Assembly (NCBI RefSeq): GCF_004010195.1
Contig: NC_057753.1
Location: 818,330 to 882,329 of the forward strand
Length of the DNA: 64,000 nucleotides
Direction of reading: 5' to 3'
Source of the DNA: Chiloscyllium plagiosum
Lineage: Eukaryota
This document shows, one piece after another, positions 1-11,647 of this stretch. The notes below the pieces were generated by a model. The model did no database searches. It was given only the letters and a program-made list of their open reading frames with translations, and was not told where the DNA came from. A program made the translations under genes and the position numbers. How positions within the stretch are numbered: position 1 is the first letter of the stretch; the number at the start of each line of letters is the position of its first letter.

Positions 1-1745
1 TCCCACTGAACTCGTCTCCACATACCTATTTACTGTCCTATTCCTCCAGTTCAGGAATTCCCAACATACATTTGGACACCATCCACGCTCTCCAACTCCT
101 CCAAGACTTTCGCTTCCCTGGCCCCCAAAGCCTCATTTTCATCATGGTTGCTCATAGGGACTATAGAACTACATCTGCCATGACGAAGGCCTCCAAGCCC
201 TCCGTTTCTTCCTCTACAGATTTATCCATCAGTAGCCTTCCACTAACACGCTCATTTATTTGGCTGAACTTGTCCTCACCGTGAATAATTTCTTCTTTGA
301 ATCCTCCTACTTCCTCCAGACAAAGGGGTAGCCATGGGCGCCCGCAATGGCCACAGCAATGCCTGTCTCTTTGTTGGTTGCGTTCTACAGTTTCACTGGT
401 TCCATTTGACACCTTTTCCTCTGTTACATTGACCACGAGGTTGAACAGTTTGTCAACTTCGCTAACACATTTCGCCCTGACCTTAGTTTCACATGGACCA
501 TCAAAGACGACCCCGCCCCTTTGCAGGACCTCCGCATCTCCATTAACGGTGACTGACTCAACACTGACATCACCTACAAACCCATCGACTCCCACAACTC
601 CCTGAACTAAACTTCCTCCCACTTTGCCTGCTGTAAAATCCCTAACACTTATTCCCACTTGCTCTGCCTCTGCTGAATCTGCTCCCAAGAGAACCAGTTC
701 CAACACAGAACAAACCAGATGGCCTCCTTTTTTGAAAACCACAATCTTCCCTTCCATGTGTTGAGCATGACTTCCAAGGCATCTCATCCATTTCCTGGAT
801 CTCTCAACCACCTCACTCCTCCAACTTCAACAAGGACAGATACCCCCTGGTCCTCACGTTCCACCGCACCAACCTATATATTCATCAAATCATCCTCTGA
901 TATTTCCATCACGAATAAATGAACCCCACCAACAGAGATATATTTCCCTCCCCACCCCATCCACTTTTCAGAAAGACCATTCCCTCTGCAACTTCCTTGT
1001 CAATTCCACACCCCCTCCAACTCACCTTCCTCTCCCAGCACCTTCCCGTGCCAAGGCAGGAATTGCAAACCTGCACCCACATCTACCACCTCACCTCCGT
1101 CCAACGCCCCAAAGGAGCCTTCCACATCCATCAGAATTTTACCTGCACTTCCACACATGTCATTTTCTCTGTCCGTTGCTCCCGATTTTGTCTCTTCGAC
1201 ATTGGAGATACAAGAGGCCTACTTGCAGAGCACTTCAGATAACATCTCCAGGACACCGAAGTCAACCAACACCACAATCCCATGGCCAAACACATCAACT
1301 CCCTCTCCCACTCCACCAAGGACATGCAGGTCTTGGGCCTCATCCATCGCCACTCCTTAAGCACCCGACACATGGAGGAAGAATGCCTCATTATCTGCCT
1401 TGGGACCCTACAACCACAAGGTATCAATGTGGATTTTATCAGTTTCCTCATTTCCCCACCCCCCCACCTTATCCCAGTTGCAAATTTCCAAATTAGCAGT
1501 GCGGTCATGACTGAACCGATCTGTCTGGCCTCCTCTCTGACCTATCCCTATTACCCCCATGTGCATCTACCTATCGAACTCTCAGCTACAGTTCGGCCAG
1601 CCCACCTCCCTCCCATTTATCCCTCCACCCCATTGGCTCACAGCCTAATTTCTATTGAAGAGCGTTTGCCCAAAACTTCGACCCTCCTGCTCCTCAGCTG
1701 CTGCCTGACCTACTGTAATTTAACAACACCACGCGTTCGACTGAA
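1..1745 (+). mobile_element. Penelope-like retroelement, degenerate (RT C-terminus + GIY-YIG endonuclease + terminal region)
   Basis: Frameshifted RT motif (cagacaaaggggtagccatggg ~ QTKGVAMG); ORF 919-1242 has FTCTSTHVIFSVRCSRFCLFDIGDT..LAEH (GIY-YIG-type); HPMAKHINSLSHS..MQVLGL; ends in the terminal motif seen in other Penelope pieces here. Runs off the window start. Confidence 0.9.
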
Positions 1746-3653
1746 TGTTACGTATTAATTAATTATTTTACATTGTATGAGTGAAATTGGGTTTATCAAT
1801 GGGAGAATGCAGAGATTTTATATGCCGCAGTGGGTAATTCCTGCCTTCCCAAAGCTGAACGTTCTGATCAATACATTTGGCTTGACTGAGATAGCAATGT
1901 CCCGGGGACGATATTTAAAACTGTTTTTACAATGTCTTGTAAACAATCGTATGAGATTTCACCCCAAAGTGTTCCTGCAATTAGCCACATTGTCAGTCTT
2001 CAGTAGCCTTAGACAAATCGTGAATTTTCAATGGCATATCTTGCAATGATTAGAAAGGCTGAAAGTCCAAACATTTCTTGGCATTATTAAGTAGTTCATT
2101 CTTAATGCAATTCTTTACTACCTTAAGTCTAGTTTCAAGGCAGGCCTCATGTCAGCTGTTTCCAACATACTAACATTTGTAACAATATCTTCATTTCATG
2201 CGTTTCCCGAGAATTGGAAATGGCTCAACAGCTCTTGTATCGAAGCATTGAGAGATGGAAATGTTATCAGCCTACTAAATCAAATTTGAGTCAGTGATTT
2301 TCGATAGTTATTGGTGATGCATTCGTTCAAGCATCATCAACCTTATTGGAATAGGTCAAATTGATCTTCCATTATATTTCATGCAAACAAAATCGTCAAC
2401 GTTACACATGAAATGGCTACACTGCCTACCATATTTTAGCGCAAAATGGGGATAAGTGACATAACATTGGGCTTCAGAGAAATGATGTTAACACCTTACA
2501 GAGCCCAATAACACACGTGCAAAACAACCGAATGGGTAACATTAATTTCAATAGCCTGAAAACAATGCAAATAAATTCAAGAAACAATGACGTTGAATCT
2601 ACCATACTGTGTCCCTGATTGGTGTGATGGTCAGATTATGAGAATCTTAGTCTGGTTTCACCAAACTGCACTTCACTAATTATAGATGACAAACGAAAAC
2701 CTGTCAGCAAATTTACCATGTACGATTTCTTCCCCCACTTACCACAGTCAAACTGGCGATTTCAGTTGAGTAATACAAAATCGAAACTCAACTGAAAACT
2801 TTCGGTTTTTTTTCTCTTTGGAGATAACTCAAAGCCACGACCTTTCCTTACTTCGAAACTAAGCCGTATTTAATGGAATTTCGACAGAAAATTACACTGT
2901 GCAACACGATCAGAAACCATTTTTTACTTTGTTGTCCTGATGCACTTCTGTAAAGGAGAATGGGTTCACGCCACTGCATTTCAGTCCACCTTGAGACTAA
3001 CGCTAGCTATTGCATGTCTGAGGAAAAGGAGGAGACATCTCAGATTGCATAGTAAGTAATTCTGTTCATTTAGATCGCAAATAACGTCTGGCAGAAAAGT
3101 TTAAAAACCTTAATTCTATATACCCTGACACCGTTGTTAACACATATCCACCTATCTCATTGGGAAAGCTTAATTTGCCAGTAACCATAAGCTTTCGAAA
3201 GTTAATAGCACAGTGTGTGTCATAATTGTTTCCAATTTCACTCCAGAATGGCCTATGTTTAAACGATTACTAGCTTTTGTTTTTACTATCCAACAAGAAG
3301 GTGGGTTAGTTAATTATGCCGACACAATAAATATCTTTAATGTAGAATCTGCTCCCAACAGCCATACATTGCCCATGTATAGGTGTGAAAAGTGTGCTGA
3401 TTGCTTGGTAATTCAACTGTGATTGGCCGATGCATTGCCATTCAGAAAACAATGCACAGCTAATCTCTTGTCGTGTTCCTGCATAATCATGAAAGTCATT
3501 ACTATAATGGAAAAATCAATTGGCAATGCTTACTATATTTATTATTCTGTTAAATTTGCTATTGTTCTTCAATCCTGTCTTTATTTTGTTGCATTTTAAC
3601 GACAGTGAAGTACGTGAATCATAGAGGAAATAAACCTCACTGTTTCACATCTT

Positions 3654-3700
3654 GGGCGGCATGGTGGCTCAGTGGTTAGCACTGCTGCCTCACAGCGCCA
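3654..3700 (+). mobile_element. tRNA-derived SINE head (HE1-like), truncated
   Basis: gggcggcatggtggctcagtggttagcactgctgcctcacagcgcca: A-box head matching the full SINE at 58459. Confidence 0.8.
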
Positions 3701-4300
3701 TCGAATTGCTCTCCCAAAGAAAAAATAAACTCTGCCTGTCGAGTCTCTCCTCATGACTTTCATGGTAATTAACATCTTGGCGAATCTCGTCTACCTCCTG
3801 TCAACTGTTTTGAGATCCTTTTTGCAAGGTGACAACCAGAGCTGAACACAATATTCAATCTCTGATCTAAGTAATTTCCCTTCTAAAGCTGTAACAATAC
3901 TTACTTTCTCCTATTGTTCTACGCCTTGGTGTTTGAGGGCAAGCATCCAACATGCCTTGCTTACCACTGCAAGTATGCATGCAACTTCAGTGATCTATAG
4001 ACGTATGTACCAAGCTCCCTGTGTTCCTCAGTGTTACCTCGGGTTGCATGATTTGTGATATATGTCTTTCCATTTTGCAATCTCCCAAAATGCATCACGT
4101 CCCATTACACAAAATTAAATTTCATCTGTCACTGTTCCACCCGATTTCCCAGATTATCAATATTAGACTCTGCTCCGAGACAGTTCTGCTCACCACCAAC
4201 GACATCACCAATTGTTCTGTCATCCAAAAACATGCTAATTAGTGTTTCTATATTCATATTCAATCATGAACAGTGAAGGTCCCAGCATGGATATAGGATC
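3700..4300 (-). mobile_element. CR1/L2-group LINE RT 3' fragment, old
   Basis: Reverse strand resembles the RT C-terminus of the other CR1 copies (gaacacaatattc, aaaatgcatcac, ttcatctgtcac motifs). Confidence 0.7.
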
Positions 4301-4489
4301 CTTAAACAGACTGTTGTAAATAAAAGGTCATTGTCAACTTCAAAGCCGGTCAATGAGCACTGCAGCCCGCAGCGTCATCACAAACAGTGTCATTCCCGAC
4401 TGAAAGTGCTCTTCGAGACAACTGAACAGCTTTTTTCCCCCACAAGCAAATCCGCTTTGCATTGTTTGTCTGCTTCGGTCCAGAGATGA

Positions 4490-5045
4490 TATTACACGCC
4501 TCTGGAGCGGACAGGGCTGAACTCAGGCCTCTACAGCCCAGAGATAGGGACACTATCACTGTACAGCAAGGGCTCTAAGTATCTTTTTTCTATGTTTTCG
4601 AATCAACCTGTTCAGTTATGCTATTGCCCACATTCAGAGGAATTAAGTGTTACACTCGAGCCTTCTGGTTCAGAGGTACCTATTTGAATACATTCATTTA
4701 AATTACAGAGATGTGATTAAACACCAGCAGGTGGAATTTGAAACGAAGAATTGAATCGATTTGGACCCACAGCTTTTGTGCCGCAAGAGTGCGACACTTT
4801 ACACATTCATTTCAACTTGTTCAGTCAAGCTATTCAAAGATGCTAATCTGCACCTCTGGGGCAGGTGGGACTTCAACTAGGACCTGTTGGTTTCGAGATA
4901 CTTCTTCACATTGTTGTAGGAATTTTCTCATTAAACTGTTCACAGATATTATGACATGCCCCTTGAGCAAATTGGACTTGACATCTGAGCCTCCCGATTC
5001 AAAGTTATGGACACTGACACTTCACAAAACGAGCCCTCACTGTTT
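4490..5045 (-). repeat. Degenerate tandem array of tRNA-like/SINE-head units (~115-bp spacing)
   Basis: Recurring cacctctggagcaggtgggacttgaac...ccagagatagggacact...aagggct-like units near 4495, 4620-4680, 4720, 4850 and 4955. Confidence 0.55.
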
Positions 5046-5294
5046 ACAATTTATTTGGCAATGGGGGCGGGGGCGTCCTGAATATTTCAGAGGAGCCCAG
5101 TAAGCTCAATTGTATCGAATGTGTTTCTTCCAAAATAAAAGAAGTGGTGAGCTGGCGTGTGTGTCCAATCCTGAACCAGCTGAAAAAGCATTCTGTTCAT
5201 GAGCACTTCTCGCTGCCACATTGCAATATTACCACACATAGACATTTGGACGGAATGTACTGTCAGCTGTAAGAAAGTGTGCTTGTTTAATACT

Positions 5295-5525
5295 GAGGGA
5301 GAAAGCGACAGACTGAGAGATAGAGAGAGAGGAGATAGGTCATGGATGGTTACTGAGAAGGTGGGTAAAAGCGCGAGGTATGGTTTAAAGGAAGGCAAGC
5401 AACGAGAAAAAGGTGGACAGAAGAAAACAGTGAAAACTAGAGGCTGAAAGGGAAACTGGCGCTGGTGTGCAAAAGAGACAGAGTGAGCGAGGAGAGAGAG
5501 AGAATTAGTGAGAAAGAAAGCATGG
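5295..5525. repeat. GA-rich low-complexity tract
   Basis: Purine-rich degenerate (GA)n. Confidence 0.8.
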
Positions 5526-6150
5526 CAAGAGTGGGAAACATTTATGTCTAAGTCTTACTTTTGTAAATTACAGCAAATTTACGTCATTCTTTCCTTCATG
5601 ATAATTGCCTAGATTTGGATACAGCCAATGTCTCCCCAATAATCCATTTTAACAACAGAGAATCTGCTTCTGAACTCTAAACTAACTTTTCTTTTCCCAG
5701 TTCAAGAAGAGTGTATTTTCTTTATAAATTAAGAATTTCCATTTTGTTACAGTCATTACATTTCGTGAATATCTGTTATCTTGGATTAATAATATTCAAT
5801 CTGCAATACGTTTGTTTTAACTTGCTGTCTCCACTCCATCTCAAACTGTTCCTGTTCAATAAACAGCTGCACATTGAAAACAGCAATACAGTACACCTTT
5901 AGCTAATTAATTCACCATCCACTTCCTGAGATATCCTGCAGAATGCGATCTTCCCTGTCGAAGTTATTTTCCTAATCATTTGCTGCTGAAGACCTTTTGC
6001 ACCGCATATGCATTTCGTCTTCATTCCTTTGTTAATTGATTCTAATGGAGCTACAAATTTATAGCATTACATTACTAAATTTACCCTTTCAACATACCTA
6101 TTCTAAACCTCAGTTTGTTGTTCATCTCCTGGACTGCCAATCCAGACAAT

Positions 6151-6520
6151 TTTGAGCCTCCTCTATTCACGGCAGTGTATGTAGCTGGTGTTCAAGTTTG
6201 GGCAAACATGCACCATAATCTCACTCACCCACTTATAATCGCAAGGGATGTCTTTAAATCCTTCAGGTGCATTTGGAAATAAGATCACAGTAACGCAGAT
6301 AATATTAATTCGAGGGTAAAGTCAAAAGATATTTTCAAACACATCGTCACCAGTACCAAGATATCAGAGACACAATCTTCTGAAATCCAGGGAATGCAGA
6401 ATTCGGTTTTTCGAGAAGAGGTTGGCGAAATTTCCGTAGAAAAACAATAATGGAGCAGCAATGAAGGTGATTAAGCACCATGATTAACATTTCAAAGTTG
6501 AAGTTAATCTCGACAAAAAT
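6151..6520 (+). pseudogene. Possible leader + TCR-like V relic (very degenerate)
   Basis: FEPPLFTAVYVAG, phase-1 gt at 6188, 79-nt intron, ttcag acceptor, then AFGNKITVTQ..G*S; later INISKLKL. Conserved Cys and Trp are missing. Confidence 0.2.
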
Positions 6521-7525
6521 CACGTGGTCAATGAAGGAAATACGCTACAAATGACGTGTGAAACAGGAGGAAGTGTATGGGCATTCAAATGTGATTTACA
6601 GATTGGGAAATATTGGAATAATCTGGTGAAATATTTTTAATCATGGTATGAAGCGTTCAGACTACATGAGCCGAGGGCAGGGAGAAGAGAAGATAGAGGT
6701 TGAAATTCAATTTGTAACGAATCTTGCGATGACAAGTAGTTGAAATTGATGGACTTTTCGGTCAGTAATGGAATAAAATGTTATTAGAAAAAGGCAAGAA
6801 AATGGAGCTGAGAATCAACAATGTTACATTAATTTACTGGAGCAGACCCGATGACATAAATATTCTACCTCTGTTGCTGCATCTGATCTTCTTGGCGTTA
6901 TTATTAACACTCTCAACATCCATCGTATTGGGATAAAGTTTTTGCGCCTAATACTAAATACTTCCTCGTGATTCCCACTTTAAAAGGTAATGGATGCATT
7001 TTGATTTTTCCGACAATACTTCTTCTCCTCAGAAACAAGTAACAGAAGACTTTCTAGGGTGCTTTTCCTAACATTTTATACTGTCGCAAAGAGACAAGAA
7101 GCACGTGCCGAAGAATGCACGAAATCTGAAGAAGAGATGTATTGGGTCCGCTTTCTTGGATTGGCTGGTTAATACAGCTTCATTTCGGCAGTGGAATAGA
7201 TGACACTTTCAGTCAATTTTGAGAAGTCGTCCTTGATCTTGCTCACAAAAGCCATAAAGCCAAAAACTGACCATTTACAGTTAGTTTAATTGATGAACAT
7301 TTGCAACATCAGAGTGGTAACTGTCACGTCCCATTACATTCCAGAAACTCCAAATTGGAGGAAAGGCTGTCAAATATATTGCTGAACATATTACACCACT
7401 TCATTCAAGACAGTTGGACTTCATAACCTAATATAATGAAAGAACACTCGCAATAATATCCAGTAGGTTTTCTTTTACACATCCTGGAACTGTTGTAAGA
7501 CATAACTATTCTTTACTTTTTTTAG

Positions 7526-7790
7526 GTGTTTGCCACGAGACGGATTTTGCTGTCAACTCAATGAGCAATTTTAATGAAGAGATTTGGCCAAAATAGACAG
7601 CAACCATTTTGTGTGAAATCATCTGCAGTGACTGAGAAGACATTACTGTGCTCTTCCAAGTGGATAAGAGCAAGAGAACTGAATCAGTGGCAACTAGAAA
7701 TCCTCAGTGGAATGGAAGTCAATTCACCAATGTGAAGAAGTTTCAGGTAACAGAAGCGGATTGGGAAAAAACAATGAATCACCAATATCA
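7526..7790 (+). pseudogene. Immunoglobulin heavy constant-domain exon relic, IgNAR C4/IgW-type
   Basis: Polypyrimidine acceptor (tttttag|), phase 1: GVCHETDFAVNSMSNFNEEIWPK*TATILCEIICSD*EDITVLFQVDKSKRTESVATRNPQWNGSQFTNVKKFQVTEADWEK. Colinear with shark IgNAR C4 as I recall it (EEIWTQQTATIVCEIVYSDLENIKVFWQVNG..VETQNPEWSGS..KLKV...EW). Two in-frame stops; 3' end cut off by a SINE. Confidence 0.82.
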
Positions 7791-7808
7791 GCGAAAACTT
7801 TTTCTCAG

Positions 7809-7935
7809 CCCGAGCACCGGAGGAAAGCCACACAGACACACTGCGTCGCAGAAACTCCACACAGACTTTCACCCATGTCTGGAATCAAAACCGGTTCCCT
7901 GGTGCTCTGAGCTAGCATTGCTAACCACTGATCCC
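7809..7935 (-). mobile_element. HE1-like tRNA-derived SINE, degenerate
   Basis: Reverse complement has cagtggttagc head, ccggtttt B-box region, gtctgtgtggagttt and tcctccggtgctc body. Confidence 0.75.
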
Positions 7936-8159
7936 ATTGACTCTGCACGAACCCAAACAGCATTCCATCCGACTCCAACTCACACCACATCACCCCACAG
8001 TCTTTGTTTTGTTTAAAATATTGCTAACCAATCTAGCATGCATACGACACGGTTATTTTCATTAACTGTACATGGTAGTGACTCCCAATAGTTACCTGGT
8101 AGTCTTGGACATTGGATGAAGGTTTATCCGAATATTCAGACTTCCTGATTTCTGTAATT

Positions 8160-9055
8160 GAGTCATAGAGTCATACAGGTGTACAGCATGGAAACAGACA
8201 CTTCGGTCAAAGTTGTCCTAACTTAAACTAGTCCCATTTGCCAGCACTTGGTCCATATCCTTCTAAACCCTTTCTATTCATATATACATCCAGATGCCTT
8301 TTAAATGCTGTAATTATACCAGCCTCCACCACTTCCTCTGGCAGCTCATTCCATACATGCATCATCCTCTGTGTGAAAACGTTGCCTTGGAGGTCCGTTT
8401 TAAATCTTTCCCCTCTTACACTACAGATATACCCTCGAACTCTGGAATCCCCACCCCAGGGAAAAGACGTTGTCTATTCATAATATCCATGCTCCTCATG
8501 ATTTTATAAAACTGTATGAGGCCAACCCTCAGCCTCCAGCGCTCAGGAGAAAACAACCCAGTCTATTCTGTCGCGCCCCAGAGGTCATGTTCTACAACCC
8601 TGAAAACATCCTTATAAAGCGTTTCTGCATCGTTTAAAGTTTTACAACATCCTCCCGATAGGAAGGAGACCAGAAATTCAAACAATATATCAGAAGTGGC
8701 AGAACCAGTGCCCTTACAGCCGCAATCTGAACTCCTAACTCCTACATTCAATGCTCTGAACAATAAAGAAAATTATGCCTAACGAATCTTGACTATCCTA
8801 TGTACCTGCGACTCTCCTTTCAAGGAACTATGATCTAGCACTCCAAGGTCCCTTTTTCAGCAACACTCCCCAGATTAGTATTATTAAGTGTAAATGTCCT
8901 GCTCTGATTTGCTTTTTCCACAATGCATCACCACGCATTTATTCAAATTAATCTCCAGCTGCCATTCCTCAGTCCATTGACACACCTAATCAAGATCTCG
9001 TTGTACTCAGAGGTAATCTTCTTCGTTGTCCACCACATATCCAATTTTGGTGTTC
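8160..9055 (-). mobile_element. CR1 (HER1-like) LINE 3' fragment
   Basis: (gagtcata)n tail at 8160, CR1 3'UTR and RT C-terminus on the minus strand. Confidence 0.88.
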
Positions 9056-10065
9056 TTTCCAGAAGAGTGTGCAGAATAGTCATAGGTTTTTCGATGAATT
9101 CAAATCGATACTTACTGCTTCAAATATACTGAAGACTTAAAGATACAATGACTTTGCAACAACACACAGAAATTGTCAGGGTTTTGAAGGTGGATGACAA
9201 TTTCAGGAATTGAATGGAATCTACAATGTTAGATGCAGTAAACTATTGTTGGCAATGTTTGAAAGAAAACGTAGACAACAGAAAAACTGAATGATGAAAT
9301 GGCATCATTCATAAGGGAGAGGGTAGCACAGAAGAATGGGAGCGAAGTATGAATGGAAGTATAGAACATATGGGTCAGGAGTGAAAAGCAGGGACGGGCT
9401 TTTCGAAAAAAAAAACCCTGCACAGTGAAGAAAAGAATGAACATGTTAAAATGACTCCCTGAAATAGCACGATTGAGAGAAATCAGTCTTATCACTGACA
9501 CATAACTTTCCCAACACTTTCTTCAACCCCACCAATAATCACTCACCCCGACATTCAAACGCAAAAAAGATATATTTAGAAACTACTTATCTGTATCTAC
9601 TTCATTCTCTTTAAATATGAGACCGACATTTATGTATTCTCCCAAAATATTTGCGAGAATATGGTGATGACTAACATCCTTGAACTGCGTAATCCCATGC
9701 TTGCTGATGCACTCATTTGAATTGGAGTTTTATTGTTATGTAAAAGAGTGTCCAAGCATTTACCTGAAAGAAGAAGTACTGAAATGCACGAGATAATATA
9801 CCAGCATTTTATAAAACGAGACTGACAGGTCGATAGTACAGATCTATTCGTGGAAGTAATTCGATTGAGTGACGTTGTTACAATACAGGTGTCACCATGA
9901 CAAAAGCGTAGAGACAACAAAAATTGATGCTTCGGGATATATAGATTTCTTACTGGAAAAAACATTTGAAGTGCAAGAATGATTCTGACTATTTTCTTCT
10001 CTAACGCACTGAACAACAACATATTTAGAACATTAATTAATTAATTCAAATCTTTCTGTTTTCAG

Positions 10066-10301
10066 GATTTAGTGTTGCACTTCATCAATGCAATCTTGAA
10101 TATTGACATCGTAACAATATCTCAAATTGTTTCCAATGCAAACCCGTATTTCGCACTGGCTGTCTCAGTGAGAGGATTAATGTGTTTATGACATAACTGA
10201 GACTTATCACAACCGATGCTCTACCAGTGCAGGCTCAGTTCCTTTTGAAATTTATCTTTCAGTTTTCCCACCTATCTCATAGTGTGCACTTTGCTGTTTC
10301 A
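10066..10301 (+). pseudogene. Possible TCR alpha/delta-like V exon relic
   Basis: Strong acceptor, phase 1: GFS-VALHQ...QC with Cys at mature position 22; shifted frames give HWLSQ, TSAGSVPFEI and HLSHSVHFAVS (~QLSDSAVYYCAVS). Needs several deletions to align. Confidence 0.3.
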
Positions 10302-10342
10302 GTAAATTATCAAAGGCACGTTTGAGAGGTGGATCACAGCAA

Positions 10343-10885
10343 TCATAGAATCAAAGAGTCATAGAGAGGTGCAGCAGCGAAAGAGACCCTACGGTCTAAC
10401 TCATCCATGTCGATCAGATATTGTAAATTAATCTAGCCTGCAGCTGCCCCATATCTGTCTAAAAACTTTCTATTTGGATACCCACCCAATTGACTTTTAA
10501 CTGCTGCAATTGGACCAGTTTCCACCACTTCCTTTGGCAGTTCCATTCCACACACGCATCCTCTGTGTGAAAAAGTTGCTGCTTAGTTCCCTTTCAAGTC
10601 CATCCCCTCTAATCCAAAATCTAGGCCCGATAGTTCTGAACTCACTCACTCCAAGGAAAAGACTGTTTTTGTTTGCTCTATCCATGCCCCTCATGATTTT
10701 ATAAACCTCGATATGGTCACCCCTCATCATCCAACGCTTCAGGGAAAACAGTACCAGCCTATTCACCCTCTCCCTATAGCTGTTCAACCTGTCAACATCG
10801 CTGTGAACCTTTTCTGAACCTTTTCAAGTTTCACAACATTTTTCGTAAAGGATGGAGGCCAGAAATGCACACAGTATTCCAAGTC
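10343..10885 (-). mobile_element. CR1 LINE 3' fragment
   Basis: ORFs RGDHIEVYKIMRG..FFTQR and LEYCVHFWPP..KLEKVQKRFT; tail at 10343. Confidence 0.9.
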
Positions 10886-10960
10886 ACCAGGCCCTGGAAG
10901 GAAGTAAATCGTTCTAAAAATTAAACCCTTGACAAATCTATTGGCAGAGGCTTTGAAATC

Positions 10961-11560
10961 ATGGACAAAACTCAAAGTATCCTCCTTCTTTCTTTCCTTC
11001 ATGTTGTGATCCATCCGGGTATGGCTATGAACTCAACTGTATTATGGCATATCGTAAGAATGAAGAAAATGCCACCATCAACTGCTACCCCTATTTTTGT
11101 TTTAAGTATCACTAACATTTTGGTTATTCAGGCTTCTATATACAACTTCATTTGATTTATCCCGAAATGGAAGATGTGGAACCACTATTTAATGCAATGC
11201 TCGCTGAGGTTTCATTGATATTTTGTTAACGCAACATATATGATCTGCATTGCCGTTGACCATTATATCGCTGTTTACCATCCAATGAGGATTTAATTAT
11301 GTAGAAAGCAGTGATAGTATGTCACCCTATATAATGCAAGATTTTGACAGTGTTCACTGTAAATCTGGTTGTATTTGCCGAATTTAAAAACAAACATAGC
11401 TAATGACAATTCATGCAGGAATAAGCGCTTAGTGTTTTGCCAATATGAACTCTTGAAGTTGTTTTGTGAAATCATATTTTTCGCTATCCCTATTCTGATC
11501 CTGTTGATTTGGAGCACGCAGTCCTATTTCGTAACATTGCACAAATAAGAAAAGGAAATT
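10961..11560 (+). pseudogene. Intronless class A GPCR pseudogene (P2Y/GPR4/PAR-like delta group), TM1-TM5 only
   Basis: One frame with stops: TM1 HVVIHPGMAMNSTVLW, TM2 IFVLSITNIL, TM3 YMICIAVDHYIAVYHPMR (DRY-motif region), ECL2 Cys, TM5 IIFFAIPILILLIW. Truncated by a CR1 at ~11650. Confidence 0.72.
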
Positions 11561-11647
11561 GCATATCATAGCCAGAACAGATTATTGCTCTGAAGATAAA
11601 CTTCTGAGATATAATAATAAGCAAAGCAAAAGAGCAGAAAGGCCAAG

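Noticed and set aside
161..811. 216-aa minus-strand ORF
   Set aside because: Antisense frame of the Penelope RT region
2412..3051. Ankyrin-like peptides NGYTAYHILAQNGD and ENGFTPLHF (96-nt exon-like piece)
   Set aside because: Short motifs, several stops, second helix not conserved; could be chance
3140..3407. C1-set-like stretch (VCVIIVSNFTPE ... YRCE, Cys 56 codons apart)
   Set aside because: No acceptor, Trp misplaced, donor in the wrong phase; too weak to call
7033..7320. TCR beta-like V (VAKR..EC..MYWVR)
   Set aside because: No FR3 D-x-x-x-Y-x-C equivalent; similarity marginal
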